64,000 nt of DNA, from NCBI RefSeq assembly GCF_009914755.1, contig NC_060939.1, one strand, 5' to 3'. The notes below the pieces were generated by a model. That model did no database searches. It was given only the letters and a program-made list of their open reading frames with translations, and had not been told where the DNA came from. The position numbers and the translations under genes were made by a program. The DNA is from the human T2T-CHM13v2.0 reference genome, Homo sapiens. Positions 14,110 to 28,000 of the stretch are shown piece by piece. Each line of letters starts with the position of its first letter. The first letter of the stretch is position 1.

Positions 14110-14950
14110 TCATTCAATATGTTAATGCAGCAAATGACAGCGATTTCTCAAATGTTAAACCATCCTGTTTTGGGACAGATTCCATTTAATTATAGTATAT
14201 AATCATTTTTCCATATTGTTTGTTTATGTCTGCTATTATTTTGTTGGGGACTTTAACACATGTACATTAATGAGTGAAGCGGGTCTTTTACATTCCTTTC
14301 TCATATTGTCTTTTTAGTTTTGAAATCAAAGTTATGCTGGCCTCATAGAGTAAGTTTGGATATATTCCTTTTTTTTCTTCCCCTCTAGAATACTCTCTAA
14401 GATTGGGGCAATCTGTTTCTTTTAAGTTTGTTACAACTTGCCAATAAAACCAACTGAACCTAGTGTGGGGTGTGTGTGTGGGTGTGTGTGTGGGTGTGTG
14501 TGTGTGTGTAAAGATACTAAATTACTACTTCAATTTATTTTATAGTTTTTTAAGTTGTTAAGCATTTCTACTTATTTTGGGCACAGATTTGGTAAGTTAT
14601 ATTTCTATTCATCTAGAGTTTTGAGGTTTGTTGGTCTGTCTTTGATATTAAGCTCTTTTCCTTTTTTCTCCTTAATCTATACTTATGCACTTTTGCATTT
14701 ATAATATTATTTGTGCCTTGCCTTTCTTTTCCTTCTTCAAACTTGCAGGGCAGTATCTTAGTTTTTCCCCCAAAGAATCAGCCTTTAGCTTTGATCATCT
14801 TCTCTATTGTATCTTTGTTTTTATTTCGTAAATTTTTTACCTTTATTATCAGCACTTCTTTCATCTTCTTTTGGATTTCTACTCTTTTACCCTTTCTCAT
14901 TTTTTACTTTGTTCATATAGCTCATTACTTTTCAGCCTTTTCTTATTTCT
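14110..14950 (-). mobile_element. Ancient L1M ORF2 fragment
   Basis: atcaaagttatgctggcctcatagagtaagtttgg; caaagaatcagcctttag. Confidence 0.7.
14463..14509. repeat. Interrupted (GT)n microsatellite
   Basis: Seen directly. Confidence 0.9.
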
Positions 14951-14959
14951 AGTACATCC

Positions 14960-16498
14960 CTTCTGCCTTTGAACAACTGATAGATACAGAACTGGCTGTA
15001 GCAAAAATATCTCTATTTAATTGACAAGCTCCATCACTGCTATAACCAAACATATCGTGGAGGGTGGACAACTAAAAACTTAATCAAATATTAGCCCTAA
15101 TTGCAGCAGCTGTGCAAGATGGGCAGTCTTTGCTAGAGCAGTGTAAAGGTAATTGTCCATCCCACTCAGAAAGAAAGATCAGAAACAGTTCACATTCACT
15201 TGGGACAGAAAACAATATACATCAATGGTTTTACTCCACGGTTATTTTATCTCACTCTCTGTCAATATAGTTTCAATGCACCTGGACTGTCTGAACATTA
15301 CACAGAATATCATATGGGTCTACTCTAGTAATCGATGATTCATGTTAAAAGGAGCTGTTAACTGAGAAGTGATGAATACTCTCAAGTGTTAGTAGGACAC
15401 ACGTACTCTAGAGAGAGAGAGTGAACCCTATGTAAATTCGGGAGCTGCCACAGCAGGGAAGGATTTAAGGGTGTGGAGCAGGCTTCATGTGCTGACACCT
15501 TGGTGATACAATAATTTGTCCTTTACTCCAAGCTCTCACCACATAAAGGAAGCACAACATCTGTCAGACCTCTTCAAAACTGGAAGTGCTCTAATCTCTT
15601 TACCGCATCTCAAGAACCGTCATCAGTTTCAGGCTGCCACACAGGTAGGCCAGCTACTTGACCATGAAACCTTGCAGATTCAGTATGCAAAGAATCTGCG
15701 GTGGGAAAAGAAACCATGTGGAGTTTATGGCAGGCTGCATCAGGAGAATAACAAGGGAGATTCTTGAAGTTCTGGAGCAAGGTCACGCTCTCTGCTGCAA
15801 AGCACACACCGTTTGCAGAAAGCTCCCAGTCTATACTTACTATCTATACTTACCTAATCTATACTTATGCATTCTCTTGCATTTATAATATTATTTATTT
15901 GCACCTTCTTTTTCTTTCCCTTTTTTAACTTTCCAGAGTTTTATCTATCTTAGTTTTTTTGTTTCTTTGTTTTTCCAAAAGAATCAGCCTTTCTGAGCCC
16001 TGGAGGGTCGAGTACCCAACCATGGGTAATCAGGAACTGTGCAACTAACCTGCCTATCAGAGTCTGGGTTCCAACAGAACCAGAGGGCACAAGTAAGGTG
16101 ACCCAGAATCCTATGCCACTGTTCATTAGTGCCTCTCAGTTCCTACCTGTAGCCCATATGGGGTTCCCTTATAATTGTTGATAAAGGAAGAAAAAGGCCA
16201 AGTATGGTTCCTGGACGGATGACTTTCTATGTAGGTATAAAGTAAAAGTGAACTGCCATTGCAATACAGCCCTCTTCAAGGGTGGTCCCAAAAGAGGCCA
16301 GTAATGGGAAATTGTTCCAACAGCCAGAGCTTCAGGTACAGCACTTGGTGACCCCTTTGGAGGCCTGAGGTAAGGATAGATGGGTAGTGGCAAGTGATTT
16401 CACCGGTTGGCCAGGGGCCTGGAAGGAAAAAGATGGAAAGATCAGGGACAAGGGAGACTAAAACTGGAGAGGGTTCAGAAACTGGACAAGTGACCATG
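14960..16498 (+). mobile_element. ERVL-class internal (pol RT/RNaseH) relic
   Basis: ORF 15153-15338 SIPLRKKDQKQFTFTWDRKQYTSMVLLHGY..LDCLNITQNI resembles ERV-L RT (SIP..QKQFAFSWQGQQYTFTVLPQGY..); downstream FWSKV and ..EEKGQVWFLDG-like segments; heavily frameshifted. Confidence 0.8.
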
Positions 16499-16504
16499 AA
16501 TTTT

Positions 16505-16778
16505 AAAAATCCACTTTACTGAGGTATAATTTCCATACAATAAAATCACCAATTTTAAGTATAAAATCTGATGAGATGTGAGAAATATGTATGCAGCCAG
16601 GTCACCCTCACTGTAATCATGACCCAGACTGTTTCCATCACCCTAAAAACTTCCTTTGTGCTTCCTTACGATCGATCGACCTCCTCTCCAGCCCTTGGCC
16701 TCTGGCAACTACGCATCTACTTTCTTTGATGATACTTCTGCTTGTTGGAGAATTTCACATAAATGGAATTAAACAATT
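16505..16778 (-). mobile_element. L1MB-type 3' end fragment
   Basis: tttactgaggtataatttccatacaataaaatcacc..tttccatcaccctaaaaacttcc..aatttcacataaatggaat. Confidence 0.75.
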
Positions 16779-19589
16779 AGATAATTAATAAAAGCATGAA
16801 AGGAACGTGATTTGCCCAGATTCACAGTAGGCCTGACCTGGACTCACACTTAAATCTCCTGATTGATTCCTAATGTTGAACTTTTTCACTCCAGCCCACA
16901 ATTTTCCTGTGTTGAAAGCTGTGAAATTCCCTGAAGCTATCCTTCAGTTAACTAGCAGTAGACTTTGTGGGGAAAAGTTAAACACTAAGGAATTTAGTGA
17001 CAATGCTAGGAAGGGCTCAAGCTCTGCAGCAGCTCCTTTCTGAACCAATGATCCAAAATGCAAAATGCAAAATTTGCTGACTTCCCTCAACTCTCTATGG
17101 ACATGAGGAGGTGAGGCTCCAATATTGGCACACATTGGCTACTTTTATTGAAATGTAGAAGCTGTCTAAAGTAAAAGCAAGAAAAGAAAAATAGACACAA
17201 GAATGCAAAAGTCTGTCTTCCTTAGAAAAGAGGGAAAACTCGTGAATCTATAAGCCTCAATATCAAGATTATGATGTTCATTTATTTTTGGCCCTTTAAT
17301 TCTGTGTTCCTATTTCATATTTTTTTGAAAAATTCTTTAGTTGGAAAATTGTGATCAGTGGAGAAATTGCTTAAAGTTTTAATCACATAGCTTCCTTTGC
17401 TCAACTGATGTTAAAGCCAGTATAGATCCTATTTCAAGACTTTTTTTTTAGTGTTTTTTAGAACCCTCAACTTTTATATGTTTGCTGCATGCTTTCTATG
17501 TATGGAGCCTCACATCCATTTATAGCATGGTATATATGTCTGGGGCAATCTGTCCCCATGCAAAGGTTGTGTCATTGTTATTTCCTAGACTCCATTCCAA
17601 AGCACTTCTTCACTGGCTTCCCGCCAAAGCACAGTATCTCCAAGGAAACCTGGGGCTGGTTGCCATGGACACTCCCTTTACTGATAAGTCACATCACACC
17701 TCTTCACTTCTAAACACGCCCACGAAGCAAGTCCTTTGGGTGATCAGACAATTCTATTCATTGACATTTCCAAGCCCTACAAGCTCACATCCATTCCATG
17801 CTCAAGGAATAGACATACAAAGAGGCTTTTCAAATATTTGTACCTGTCCAAACTAGCATGGAGTGAAGCCATCTTTCTGTAATTTGGTTTCATGCCATGG
17901 GGAATAAGTAAGCTTCAGCAAATATCAAGCCTGAATTGGAGCGATTGCAACGATGCAATCAGAGCAGCAGGAATGAGGACTGCATGTGAAATCCGGTCTT
18001 TGTAACATTATATTTGGCTTCACTTGATTCAGGGTCATGCCCCTCTCTGTTTTCCCTGGAGCTTTGCCAGGAGGCCATGGTCTCCTGCAAGGGTCATTCT
18101 TATCAGTGGTGTCAATGTTCAACACGTGGCCATTTTTTTTAACTGAATATTTTGCTTATAATTTAATACTGACCATTCACCTTACTAGTATCTCATGGAA
18201 AGCTCTTCTTTCCATATTTTTAGTATCTTGGTACTTTTTCTTAGTATTTCCTGAAAAATTTTTTTGGACAGCTGTTAGTAGTGGAAAAGCAGGCTTTACT
18301 AAATTCTTCTGACAGGATCTTTTCCTAACACAAAATATTTTGAGCCACGAGCTTAGTGAATAATTCTCGATGACTGGAAATTCTATATTAAAATTAAGGA
18401 GGGATGGGCTTCTTGGGACATAGTCCCATGGTTTAGTTGGTAATATGGTCACAGCTTCTATACTCACTACTCTGTACCAAAATTTACTGTGAAACAAAGG
18501 AACTTCAGATAGGAAGCTGTGGTTTTCTGTCAATCCACAAATATGAGGACTTATATTTTTAAACAATTACTATAAACCAATAGTATATATGAAAAGACAG
18601 AGAAAACTATGGAAACATACTTGAGATTCTTCAAATTTGTTACCTTATGGTTGAGGGGGTGAAATTGGAATGTAGATAGAAGAAGCTACTAGCTTTTTGT
18701 TCTAAACATCTCTGTATCATTGATTTTTTACAATGAGAATGTAGTATTTTTGCAGTTAAATAGGCAGATTATTTTTACTTTTAAATCAATGGGATATTTT
18801 TATCCTTGAACATCTGCTATGAATATGAAAAATAAAAGGTGCAAATAAGCTGTAGGAAGATGTATGTTTTGGCTTGCCCAGGGGCACATGTTGAAGAATG
18901 CTTTACTTGAGAGGAAGAAGGTGACTGGTCTTGAGGCATGTAATTTCCCTTGCCCCTGCAAATGATGGAAATGACCACGTACAGTATCAATGGAGGAAAA
19001 CCTGTACCACTACTTAAAATGAGGGAAGAATGTCATTCGTATGCAATGGTCATCAAGGGAGTTTGGGATACTGCCTATGGGACCAGGTGGAGGGCCAACT
19101 CCACATACCTCTTCCTGGGAAAGCAGGGCTCCATCACAAGGGGTGAGCAAAGAATGCCCTGGCAGCAATGGAGTTAACATCCAATCTGGTTGAGAGGCTG
19201 TGTCAACGGGCATGTGTCACAGGGTTCAATCTGCACTGAAACAATGACTTGAGTCCAAAGGGAGAAGGACAAGCAAAACCACAACAAGCAGAAAACTGGA
19301 TGTGGTGGAGCTGCCTTCACTCGGGAGTAGTAGCCCAGGGCACTAGCAGCAGGGACTTCAGAGAAGAGCTGATGCTGGACAGAAGACTCAGCAAGCTCAG
19401 TGTGTATTCAGCTCAGTCCAACCAAACAGAGAAATCATGTATGAGTAGGAGCTGATTGCCCATCCCCATACACCCAACCCCTCATAATGCCCTTCCTGCA
19501 GCCAAAGTACTGAACAGGAATTAAACCTTCCACTCCCGGGGCTTCTTGCTTAAGATGTGAGAAAGGACTCTATGTCTCCAGCTGGATGG

Positions 19590-20210
19590 TTCAGACAAGT
19601 ATTTTCCCTTCATCTTATTGCTCGCTGACTCTCCCAGGGATTTGTCTGCTATTTTCTTTTCTTCTTCTTTTTTTTTTAATTTTCAAAGAACCAGTTCTTT
19701 TTCTGTTTTCTGATGCTTTAATATTGAATTTGTCAGCATATAATCCTTCCTTCTACTTTCTTTGGGTTTATTTTGATGTTCTTTTACTAATATTTTGAGG
19801 TGAATGCCTAGATCATATATTTATATTCTTTCTTGTTTAATAAAAAAAGAGGTAGAGGTCTTATGAATTTCATATTGAATAAAACTTTGAGCACATCTAA
19901 TAAGTTTTGATGCAAAATTGCCTTTGTCCTTACTGCCTATGTAGTCTGGGATTGCTTTCATTTTCCTTTCTCGTTTTGTGATCCAAGAACTGCTTGAGAG
20001 TGCTTTTTAATTTAAAAGCAAATGATATTTCTATTTAACCTATTTTAGAACTTTTTTTAATGAATGTGGTCTTTATAAATTCCAGTTTTTGAAATGTATT
20101 TTTCTTCCTGATATAACACATCATTAGTTTCTTTAAATAAATGTTTCATGAGCACTTTTAAGAAGTATACTCTCCATAGAATAAAAAATATTACGATATA
20201 TATCGGTTAT
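19590..20210 (-). mobile_element. Ancient L1M ORF2 fragment
   Basis: ttttcaaagaaccagttc, ccttccttctactttctttgggttta. Confidence 0.6.
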
Positions 20211-20732
20211 TTGTTGGTTTAATCTCACTCTTGAGGAGTCAAATTAGTACTATTTCTTCATCAATGACACATCATCATTATTAGTTCAAGCCAGGCTCTA
20301 TTCTCCTTAAGTTAATTTGCTTTAATCTTTTGGATTTTTCTCACACACCAATTCATTCCTCTCTTCCTCTAGAGACACGGTACTCAAATGTGTTTGCTAA
20401 TATCCTTTGAAATAATATATTCTTGTAAAAAATATGATTTTGCTTCGGGTATGTATATTTTAAATTTATACAAATCATATTGAGCTGTCGACTTAATTTT
20501 ATTTCTCACCTTTTTTCACTTAACACCATCTTTTAAGATCTATGCCTATTGTGTGTTTTTTTCTGCTACTTCTATGTGCTGCACACGGTATTGTGTCTCC
20601 AGCATATTTTATGTTTTATTTTATTTCATAATAGACTCTTACATGTTCCGGCTCCCCACTTGTGGAAACAATACTGTGATAGAGTACTTCACATGAGCCC
20701 CTTTCCACACCTATATAAGAGTTTCTCTAGGG

Positions 20733-20951
20733 CAGGGTTTCTCAACCTCAGTACGATGAACATTTGGGGCTGCACGGCTCTTAGTTGGTAGGGGCTGTCC
20801 TGTGCATTGTAGGATATTTAGCAGCACCTTGGGGTCTACCCAGTAGATGCCAGTAGCATTCTCCCAGTTGTGACAATCAAAAATGTTTCCAGACATTGCT
20901 AATTGTCCTCTGGTGGAGACGGGAAGAATCACCCTAACCTGAGAACCACTG
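20733..20951 (-). mobile_element. MER20 (hAT-Charlie)
   Basis: cagggtttctcaacc..ggggctgtcctgtgcattgtagga..agatgccagtagca..gttgtgacaatcaaaaatgtttccagacattg..gagaaccactg. Confidence 0.93.
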
Positions 20952-23900
20952 GTCAATGTCATACCCTCAGGAGAAAGAGATGGATGGGTTATTGTGTATC
21001 TGTAATTTCACTAAGTATGACCAAATTGCTTCCACCAGCAGGGACAAGGATGTTGTTTTCAGTATCTTGGCCAAAAAGATAACATTCAACTTTCTTGTTT
21101 AATATCACTGGTCATTTTATTAGTCAATGAGGTTTCACTTGAGAGATCAATTAAACATCTCTTCATATACTAGTTAGTCATTTAAGGTCTCCTTCTGCGA
21201 ATTGACTTCTAATATTCTTTTCCCATTTTCCTGTTGTGTATCTTGTATTTTCTCTTGTTGAATAAATATATTCTCCCTGTCTGTCAGCTGTTAACTTTGT
21301 CTCTGATGTTCTTTACTAAGCAGAAATCCTAAATTTTGATGTAGTCATAGCTAACATTTTGCCTTATAAAGTTTTGTGCTTTTGGAAGTATAAGATCTTT
21401 GCCTTCTAAAGGTTAAAAAAAAATCAACCATTATAGTTTTTACCAATCCATCTAGAGTTGAACTTTGCATATATCATGTGGTAGGTATCCAAAATTATTT
21501 TTCTTCATTAAGTGAACCATTTTTTCCCAGCAATAATTATGGATCTAGCTTTTTCTAAATATATGTAGTAAGCGTCTCCTCCCAACATAAAACAACTTTT
21601 AGTTTTTGTAAGATTTTAAGACAGCCAAATTTAACTTTTTGTCCTGTGTAATATTTATTTATTATTTAATATTGTTCCTGTTTAAGAAATCTTTCCCAGT
21701 CCTAAAGGCAAAAACATATTCATCTATATTTTCTACTAATATTTTGTACCCTTTCTTTGACATTTAAGCTTTTACTTCTTTGGGAGTTAATTTTGTTTTT
21801 CATTTAAACTAAGGATAAAACTTAATTTTCCCCTAACTTGAATCAACATGTTTTCCAGCTCCTTTCATTGAACAATCACTCCTTTTCCCAGTGATCTGTT
21901 ATACTATCTTTATCATTTATCAAAGTTTACCGTACTGTAGGTTTTTGTTTCTGAGATGTCTAATCTATTCCACTGGGTAATTTGTCCATCCCTGTGTAAT
22001 AACATACTTTCAGACACAATGGCTTTATAGTAAGTCCTGATTTCTGGCTAAGCATATCTTTCCTCCTTATTCTTCTTTTTCACATGTATCTGGAAACTTA
22101 GTAATAGCTTGTCAAGTTCCATGAAAAACGCTATTAATTAGAGTTGTGTTCAATCTGTAGATTAATTTAGTGAGAATTAATATCATTTTGACATAAACTT
22201 TTCCTACTCATGAGATATTTCTCCATTTTCATAGGTTTCCTTAATGTTTTCCAGTAAATTTTCATAATTAATGTGTGTGGGTCCTTTATATACTTCGTTA
22301 GATTCATTACTAAGCTTTTTATTATTTTTATTGCTAATGTAAATAGTGTTCCATATAAATTACATTTTCCATTAATTTGTTGCCATTATAGAAATGCAAT
22401 TAATTTTGAAAATATTGATCTTATATCTTGGTACCTTACAAAAATCTCCTACTATTTCTAATAATTTGTAGGACTTTTTTTTTTTTTTTGTCAAGGTTCT
22501 TTGTAGACAATTATGTTGTCTGCAGATTTTAAGGGCAATTTTATTTCCTCCCTTCTAATTCTAAATATCTTTATTTTCTTTTTCTTCTCTTATTGTTCTG
22601 GCTATGCTCTCTACTAAAACGTTGAAGGAAAAAAGTGGTACAGGTAATGTATTTGTTTAGTTCCTGATTTTAAAGAAAATGCTTTTAAATTATTTTCTCA
22701 TTTAAGATTATGCCTACTGTAGGTTCTTGGGTGTTACGTTTTTAGATTAATTTGATTTGGTTTTTTAATCACACCTGAGGCATTTAAAATTTTTTACATT
22801 TTGGATATTTTAAAAATTTCCTCTTTAATTCAAGCTTATTAATTGTGTTATTCAAATCCTCAATAAATTTATTTTTTTTAATTCCGTTTGGTCCAACAGT
22901 TTCTAAGTTGAATATATGGGATATCTAATTACAATTTCTGATATTTTTACATCTCTATATGTCTGCAGTTGTTGTATACATTTTGCGACTATATTGTTAG
23001 GTGAATATATGTTCATGTTTACTATATCATCAGGGTATATTGTTTCTTTTTGCAATATTAAATGTCCCTTTTGTCCCTTATGATGATCTGGAATACAATC
23101 ATTTTTGTGTCTTATTAAAGCTGTTACCCTGTCTTTCTTTTGGTTCACATTTGCATAAGATATTCTTTTCATCTTATTATTTTCCAATTTTTTTGTATAT
23201 ATTTTTTCAGTTTGCTTATTGAAAAAAACATAAAGTTGAATTTTTTTCCATTCCGAGAATCTCTCTTCTGAAATATGAGTTTAAGCTATTGATATTTGTG
23301 GTAATTAATGGTAAACTATTTCGTGTTACCTAATGATTTTTTATCATCGTGATTTCTATTTAGTTTTTATTTAATATTCTATATCTGCTTTATATTGGCT
23401 TGAAAACTATATATTTCTGTCTTTCTAGTACTTTCTCATATCTTATTAAAATTCATACTTTTTTCTATCTATTTCTAAGGCTTATTCATATATAAATAGT
23501 TCTCAAACAAGAAAAATACTTTAGGAAGTTCTCATTTCCCTCTGGTTTCTGTCCTTTCTACTTATTCCCCCACTCCAAGTCCCAAGCCACACTGCTATTT
23601 TAATTTTATTGATTAATTTTTGTCATTAACTTGGAAGGAAGGGAACATTTATTTAAACAAGAGTAAACTGGAGTCACTTCCAAGATGGCCGAATAGGAAC
23701 AGCTCCGATCTGCAGCTCCCAGTGAGATCAACGCAGAAGATGGGTGATTTCCGCTTTTCCAACTGAACCTCTGCTGGTGATACCCAGGAAAACAGGGTCT
23801 GGAGTGGACCTCCAGCAAACTCCAACAGACCTGCAGCTGAGGGGTCTGACTGTTAGAAAGAAAACTAACAAACAGAAAGGAAGAGCAGCAACATCAACAA

Positions 23901-23973
23901 AAAGGACATCCACGCCAAAACCCTACCTGTAGGTCACCAACATCAAAGACCAAAGGTAGATAAAACCACAAAG

Positions 23974-24995
23974 ATGGGGAGAAACCAGAGCAGAAAAGCT
24001 GAAAATTCCAAAAAAACAGAGTGCCTCTTGTTCTCCAAAGGATCACAGCTCCTCACCAGCAAGGGAACAAGACTGATGGAGAATGAGTTTGACGAGTTGA
24101 CAGAAGTAGGTTTCAGAAGGTCAGTAATAACAAACTTCTCCAAGCTACAGGAGCATGTTCTAACCCATTGCAAGGAAGCTAAAAACCTTGAAAAAAGGTT
24201 AGACGATTGGCAAACTAGAATAAACAGTGTAGAGAAGACCTTTAATGACCTGGTGGAGCTGAAAACCATGGCACAAGAACTTCGTGACGCATGCACAAGC
24301 TTCAATAGCAAATTCGATCAAGTAGAAGGAAGGATATCAGTGATTGAAGATCAAATTAATGAAATAAAGTGAGAAGACAAGGTTAGAGAACAAAGAGTGA
24401 AAAGAAACAAGCAAAGCCTCCAAGAAATATGGGACTATGTGAAAAAACCAAATATACGTTTGATTGGTGCCAGAAAGTGATGGGGAGAATGGAACCAAGT
24501 TAGAAAACACTCTTCAGGATATTATCCAGGAGAACTTCTCTAACCTAGCAAGGCAGGCCAACATTCGAATTCAGGAAATACAGAGAACACCACAAAGAAA
24601 CTCCTCGAGAAGAGCAACCCCAAGACACATAATTGTTAGATTCACCAAGGTTGAAATGAAGGAAAAAATGTTAAGGGCAGCCAGAGAGAAAGGTTGGATT
24701 ACCCACACAGGGAAGCCCATCAGACTAACAGCAGATCTCTCAGCAGAAACCCTACAAGCTAGGAAAGAGTGGGGGCCAATATTCAATATTCTTACAGAAA
24801 GGAATTTTCAAACCAGAATCTCATATCCAGCCAAACTAAGCTCCATAAGTGAAGGAGAAATAAAATCCTTTACAGACAAGCAAATGCTGAGAGATTTTGT
24901 CACCACCAGGCCTACCTTACAAGAGCTCCTGAAGGCAGCACTCAACATGGAAAGGAACAACCGGTACCAGCCACTGTAAAAACATGCCAAATTGT
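23974..24995 (+). pseudogene. L1 ORF1p, disrupted
   Basis: MGRNQSRKAENSK.. with premature TGA at 24370-24372 and a frameshift before VPESDGENGTKLENTLQDIIQENF.. Confidence 0.93.
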
Positions 24996-25060
24996 AAAGA
25001 CCATTGACGCTATGAAGAAACTGCATCAATTAATGGGCAAAATAACCAGCTAACATCATA

Positions 25061-28000
25061 ATGACAGGATCAAATTCAAACATAACAATATTAACCTTAA
25101 ATGTAAATGGGCTAAATGCCCCAATTAAAAGACACAGACTGGCAAATTGGATAAAGAGTCAAGACCCATCAGTGTGCTGTATTCAGGAGACCCATCTCAC
25201 GTGCAAAGACGCACATAGGCTCAAAATAAAGGGATGGAGGAAGATCTACCAAGCAAATGGAGAGCAAAAAATAGCAGAGGTTGCAATCCTGGTCTCTGAT
25301 AAAACAGACTTTAAAACAACATCAAAAGAGACAAAGAAGTCCACTACATAATGGTAAAGGGATCAATTCAACAAGAAGAGCTAACTATCCTAAATATATA
25401 TGCACCCAATGCAGGAGCACTCAGATTCATAAAGCAAGTCCTTAGAGACCTACAAAGAGACTTAGACTCCCATACAATAATAGTGGGAGACTTTAACACC
25501 CCATTGTCAGTATTAGACAGATCAATGAGACAGAAGGTTAACAAGGGTATCCAGGACTTGAACTCAGCTCTGAACCAAGCAGACCTAAGAGACATCTACA
25601 GAACTCTCCACCCCAAATCAATAGAATATACATTCTTCTCAGCACCACATCACATTTATTCTAAAATTGACCACATAATTGGCAGTAAAACACTCCTCAG
25701 CAAATGTGAAAGAACAGAAATCACAACAAACTGTCTCTCAGACAACAGTGCAATCAAATTGGAACTCAGGATTAATAAACTCACTCAAAATTGCACAACT
25801 ACATGGAAACTGAACAACCTGCTCCTGAATGACTACTGGGTAAATAACGAAATGAAGGCAGAAATAAAGATGTTCTTTGAAACAAATGAGAACAAAGACA
25901 CAACATATCAGAATCTCTGGGACACATTTACAGCAGTGTGTAGAGGGAAATCTATAGTATTAAATGCCCACAAGAGAAAGCAGAAAAGATCTAAAATCAA
26001 CACCCTAACATCACAATTAAAAGAACTAGAAAAGCAAGAGCAAACACATTCAAAAGCCAGCAGAAGGCAAGAAATAACTAAGATCAGAGCAGAACTGAAA
26101 GAGATAGAGACAGAAAAAAACCCTTCAAAAAATCAATGAATCCAGGAGCTGGTTTCTTGAAAAGATTGACAAAATAGATAGACCGCTAGCAAGACTAATA
26201 AAGAAGAAAAGAGAGAAGAATCAAACAGATGCAATAAAAAATGATAAAGGGGATACCACAACCAATTCCACAGAAATACAAACTACCATCAGAGAATACT
26301 ACAAACACCTCTATGCAAATAAACTAGAAAATCTAGAAGAAATGGATAAATTCCTGGACACATACATCCTCCCAAGACTAAACCAGGAAGAAGTTGAATC
26401 TCTGAATAGACCAATAACAGGTTCTGAAATTGAGGCAATAATTAATAGCCTACCAACCAAAAAAAGTCCAGGACTAGAGGGAGTCACAGCTGAATTTTAC
26501 CAGAGGTACAAAGAGGAGCTAGTACCATTCCTTCTGAAACTATTTCAGTCAATAGAAAAAGAGGGAATCCTCCGTAACTCATTTTATGAGGCTAACAGCA
26601 CCCTGATACCAAAGCTTGGTAGAGACACAACAAAAAAAGAGAACTTTAGGCCAATATCCCTGATGAACATCAATGCAAAAATCCTCAATAAAATACTGGC
26701 AAACTGAATCCAGCAGCACATCAAAAAGCTCATCCACCATGATCAACTTGGCTTCATCCCTGGGATGCAAGGCTGGTTTAACATATGCAAATCAATAAAC
26801 ATAATCCATCACATAAACAGAACCAATGAAAAAAACCACATGATTATCTCAGTAGATGCTGAAAAGGCCTTCGACAAAATTCAACAGCCCTTCATGCTAA
26901 AAACTCTCAATAAACTAGGTATTGATGGAACGTATCTCAAAATAATAAGAGCTATTTATGACACACCCACAACCAATACCATACCAAATGGGCAAAAACT
27001 GGAAGCATTCCCTTTGAAAACTGGCACAAGACAAGGATGCCCTCTCTCACCACTGCTATTCAACATAGTGTTGGAAGTTCTGGCCAGGGCAGTCAGCCAA
27101 GAGAAAGAAATAAAGGGTATTCAATTAAGAAAAGAGGAAGTCAAATTGTCCCTGTTTGCAGATGACATGATTGTATATTTAGAAAACCTCATTGTCTGAG
27201 CCCCAAATCTCCTTAAGCTGATAAGCAACTTCAGCACAGTCTCAGGATACAAAATCAATGTGCAAAACTCAAAAGCATTCCTATACACCAATAAAAGACA
27301 AACAGAGAGCCAAATCATGAGTGAACTCTCATTCACAATTACTACAAAGAGAATAAAATACCTAGGAATCCAACTTACAAGGGATGGGAAGGACCTCTTC
27401 AAGGAGAACTACAAACCACTGCTCAGTGAAATAAAAGAGGACACAAACCAATGGAAGAACATTCCATGCTCATGGATAGGAAGAATGAATATCATGAAAA
27501 TGGCCATACTGCCCAAAGTAATTTAGAGGTTCAATGCTATCCCCATCAAGCTACCACTGACTTTCTTCACAGAATTGGAGAAAACTACTTTAAAGTTCAT
27601 ATGGAACCAAAAAAGAGCCCGCATAGCCAAGACAATTCTAAACAAAAAGAACAAATCATCATGCTACCTAACTTCAAACTATACTACAAGCCTACAGTAA
27701 CCAAAAAAGCATGGTACTGGTACCAAAACAGATATATAGACCAATGGGACAGAACAGAGGCCTCAGAAATAACACCACACAGCTACAACCATCTGATCTT
27801 TGACAAACCTGACAAAAACAAGCAATGGGGAAAGGATTCCCTGTTTAATAAATGGTGCTGGGAAAACTGGCTAGCCATATGTAGAAAGATGAAACTGGAT
27901 CCCTTCCTTACACCTCATACAAAAATTAACTCAAGATGGATTAAAGACTTAAATGTAAGGCCTAACACCATAAAAACCCTAGAAGAAAACCTAGACAATA

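Noticed and set aside
15153-16497. Coding ERVL pol gene
   Set aside because: Short frameshifted fragments, no intact YIDD motif, interrupted by an insertion
17560-18250. Minus-strand coding exons (GNTKKKYQDTKNMERRAFHEIL / VSLEILCFGGK..)
   Set aside because: Weak polypyrimidine tracts and no recognisable protein
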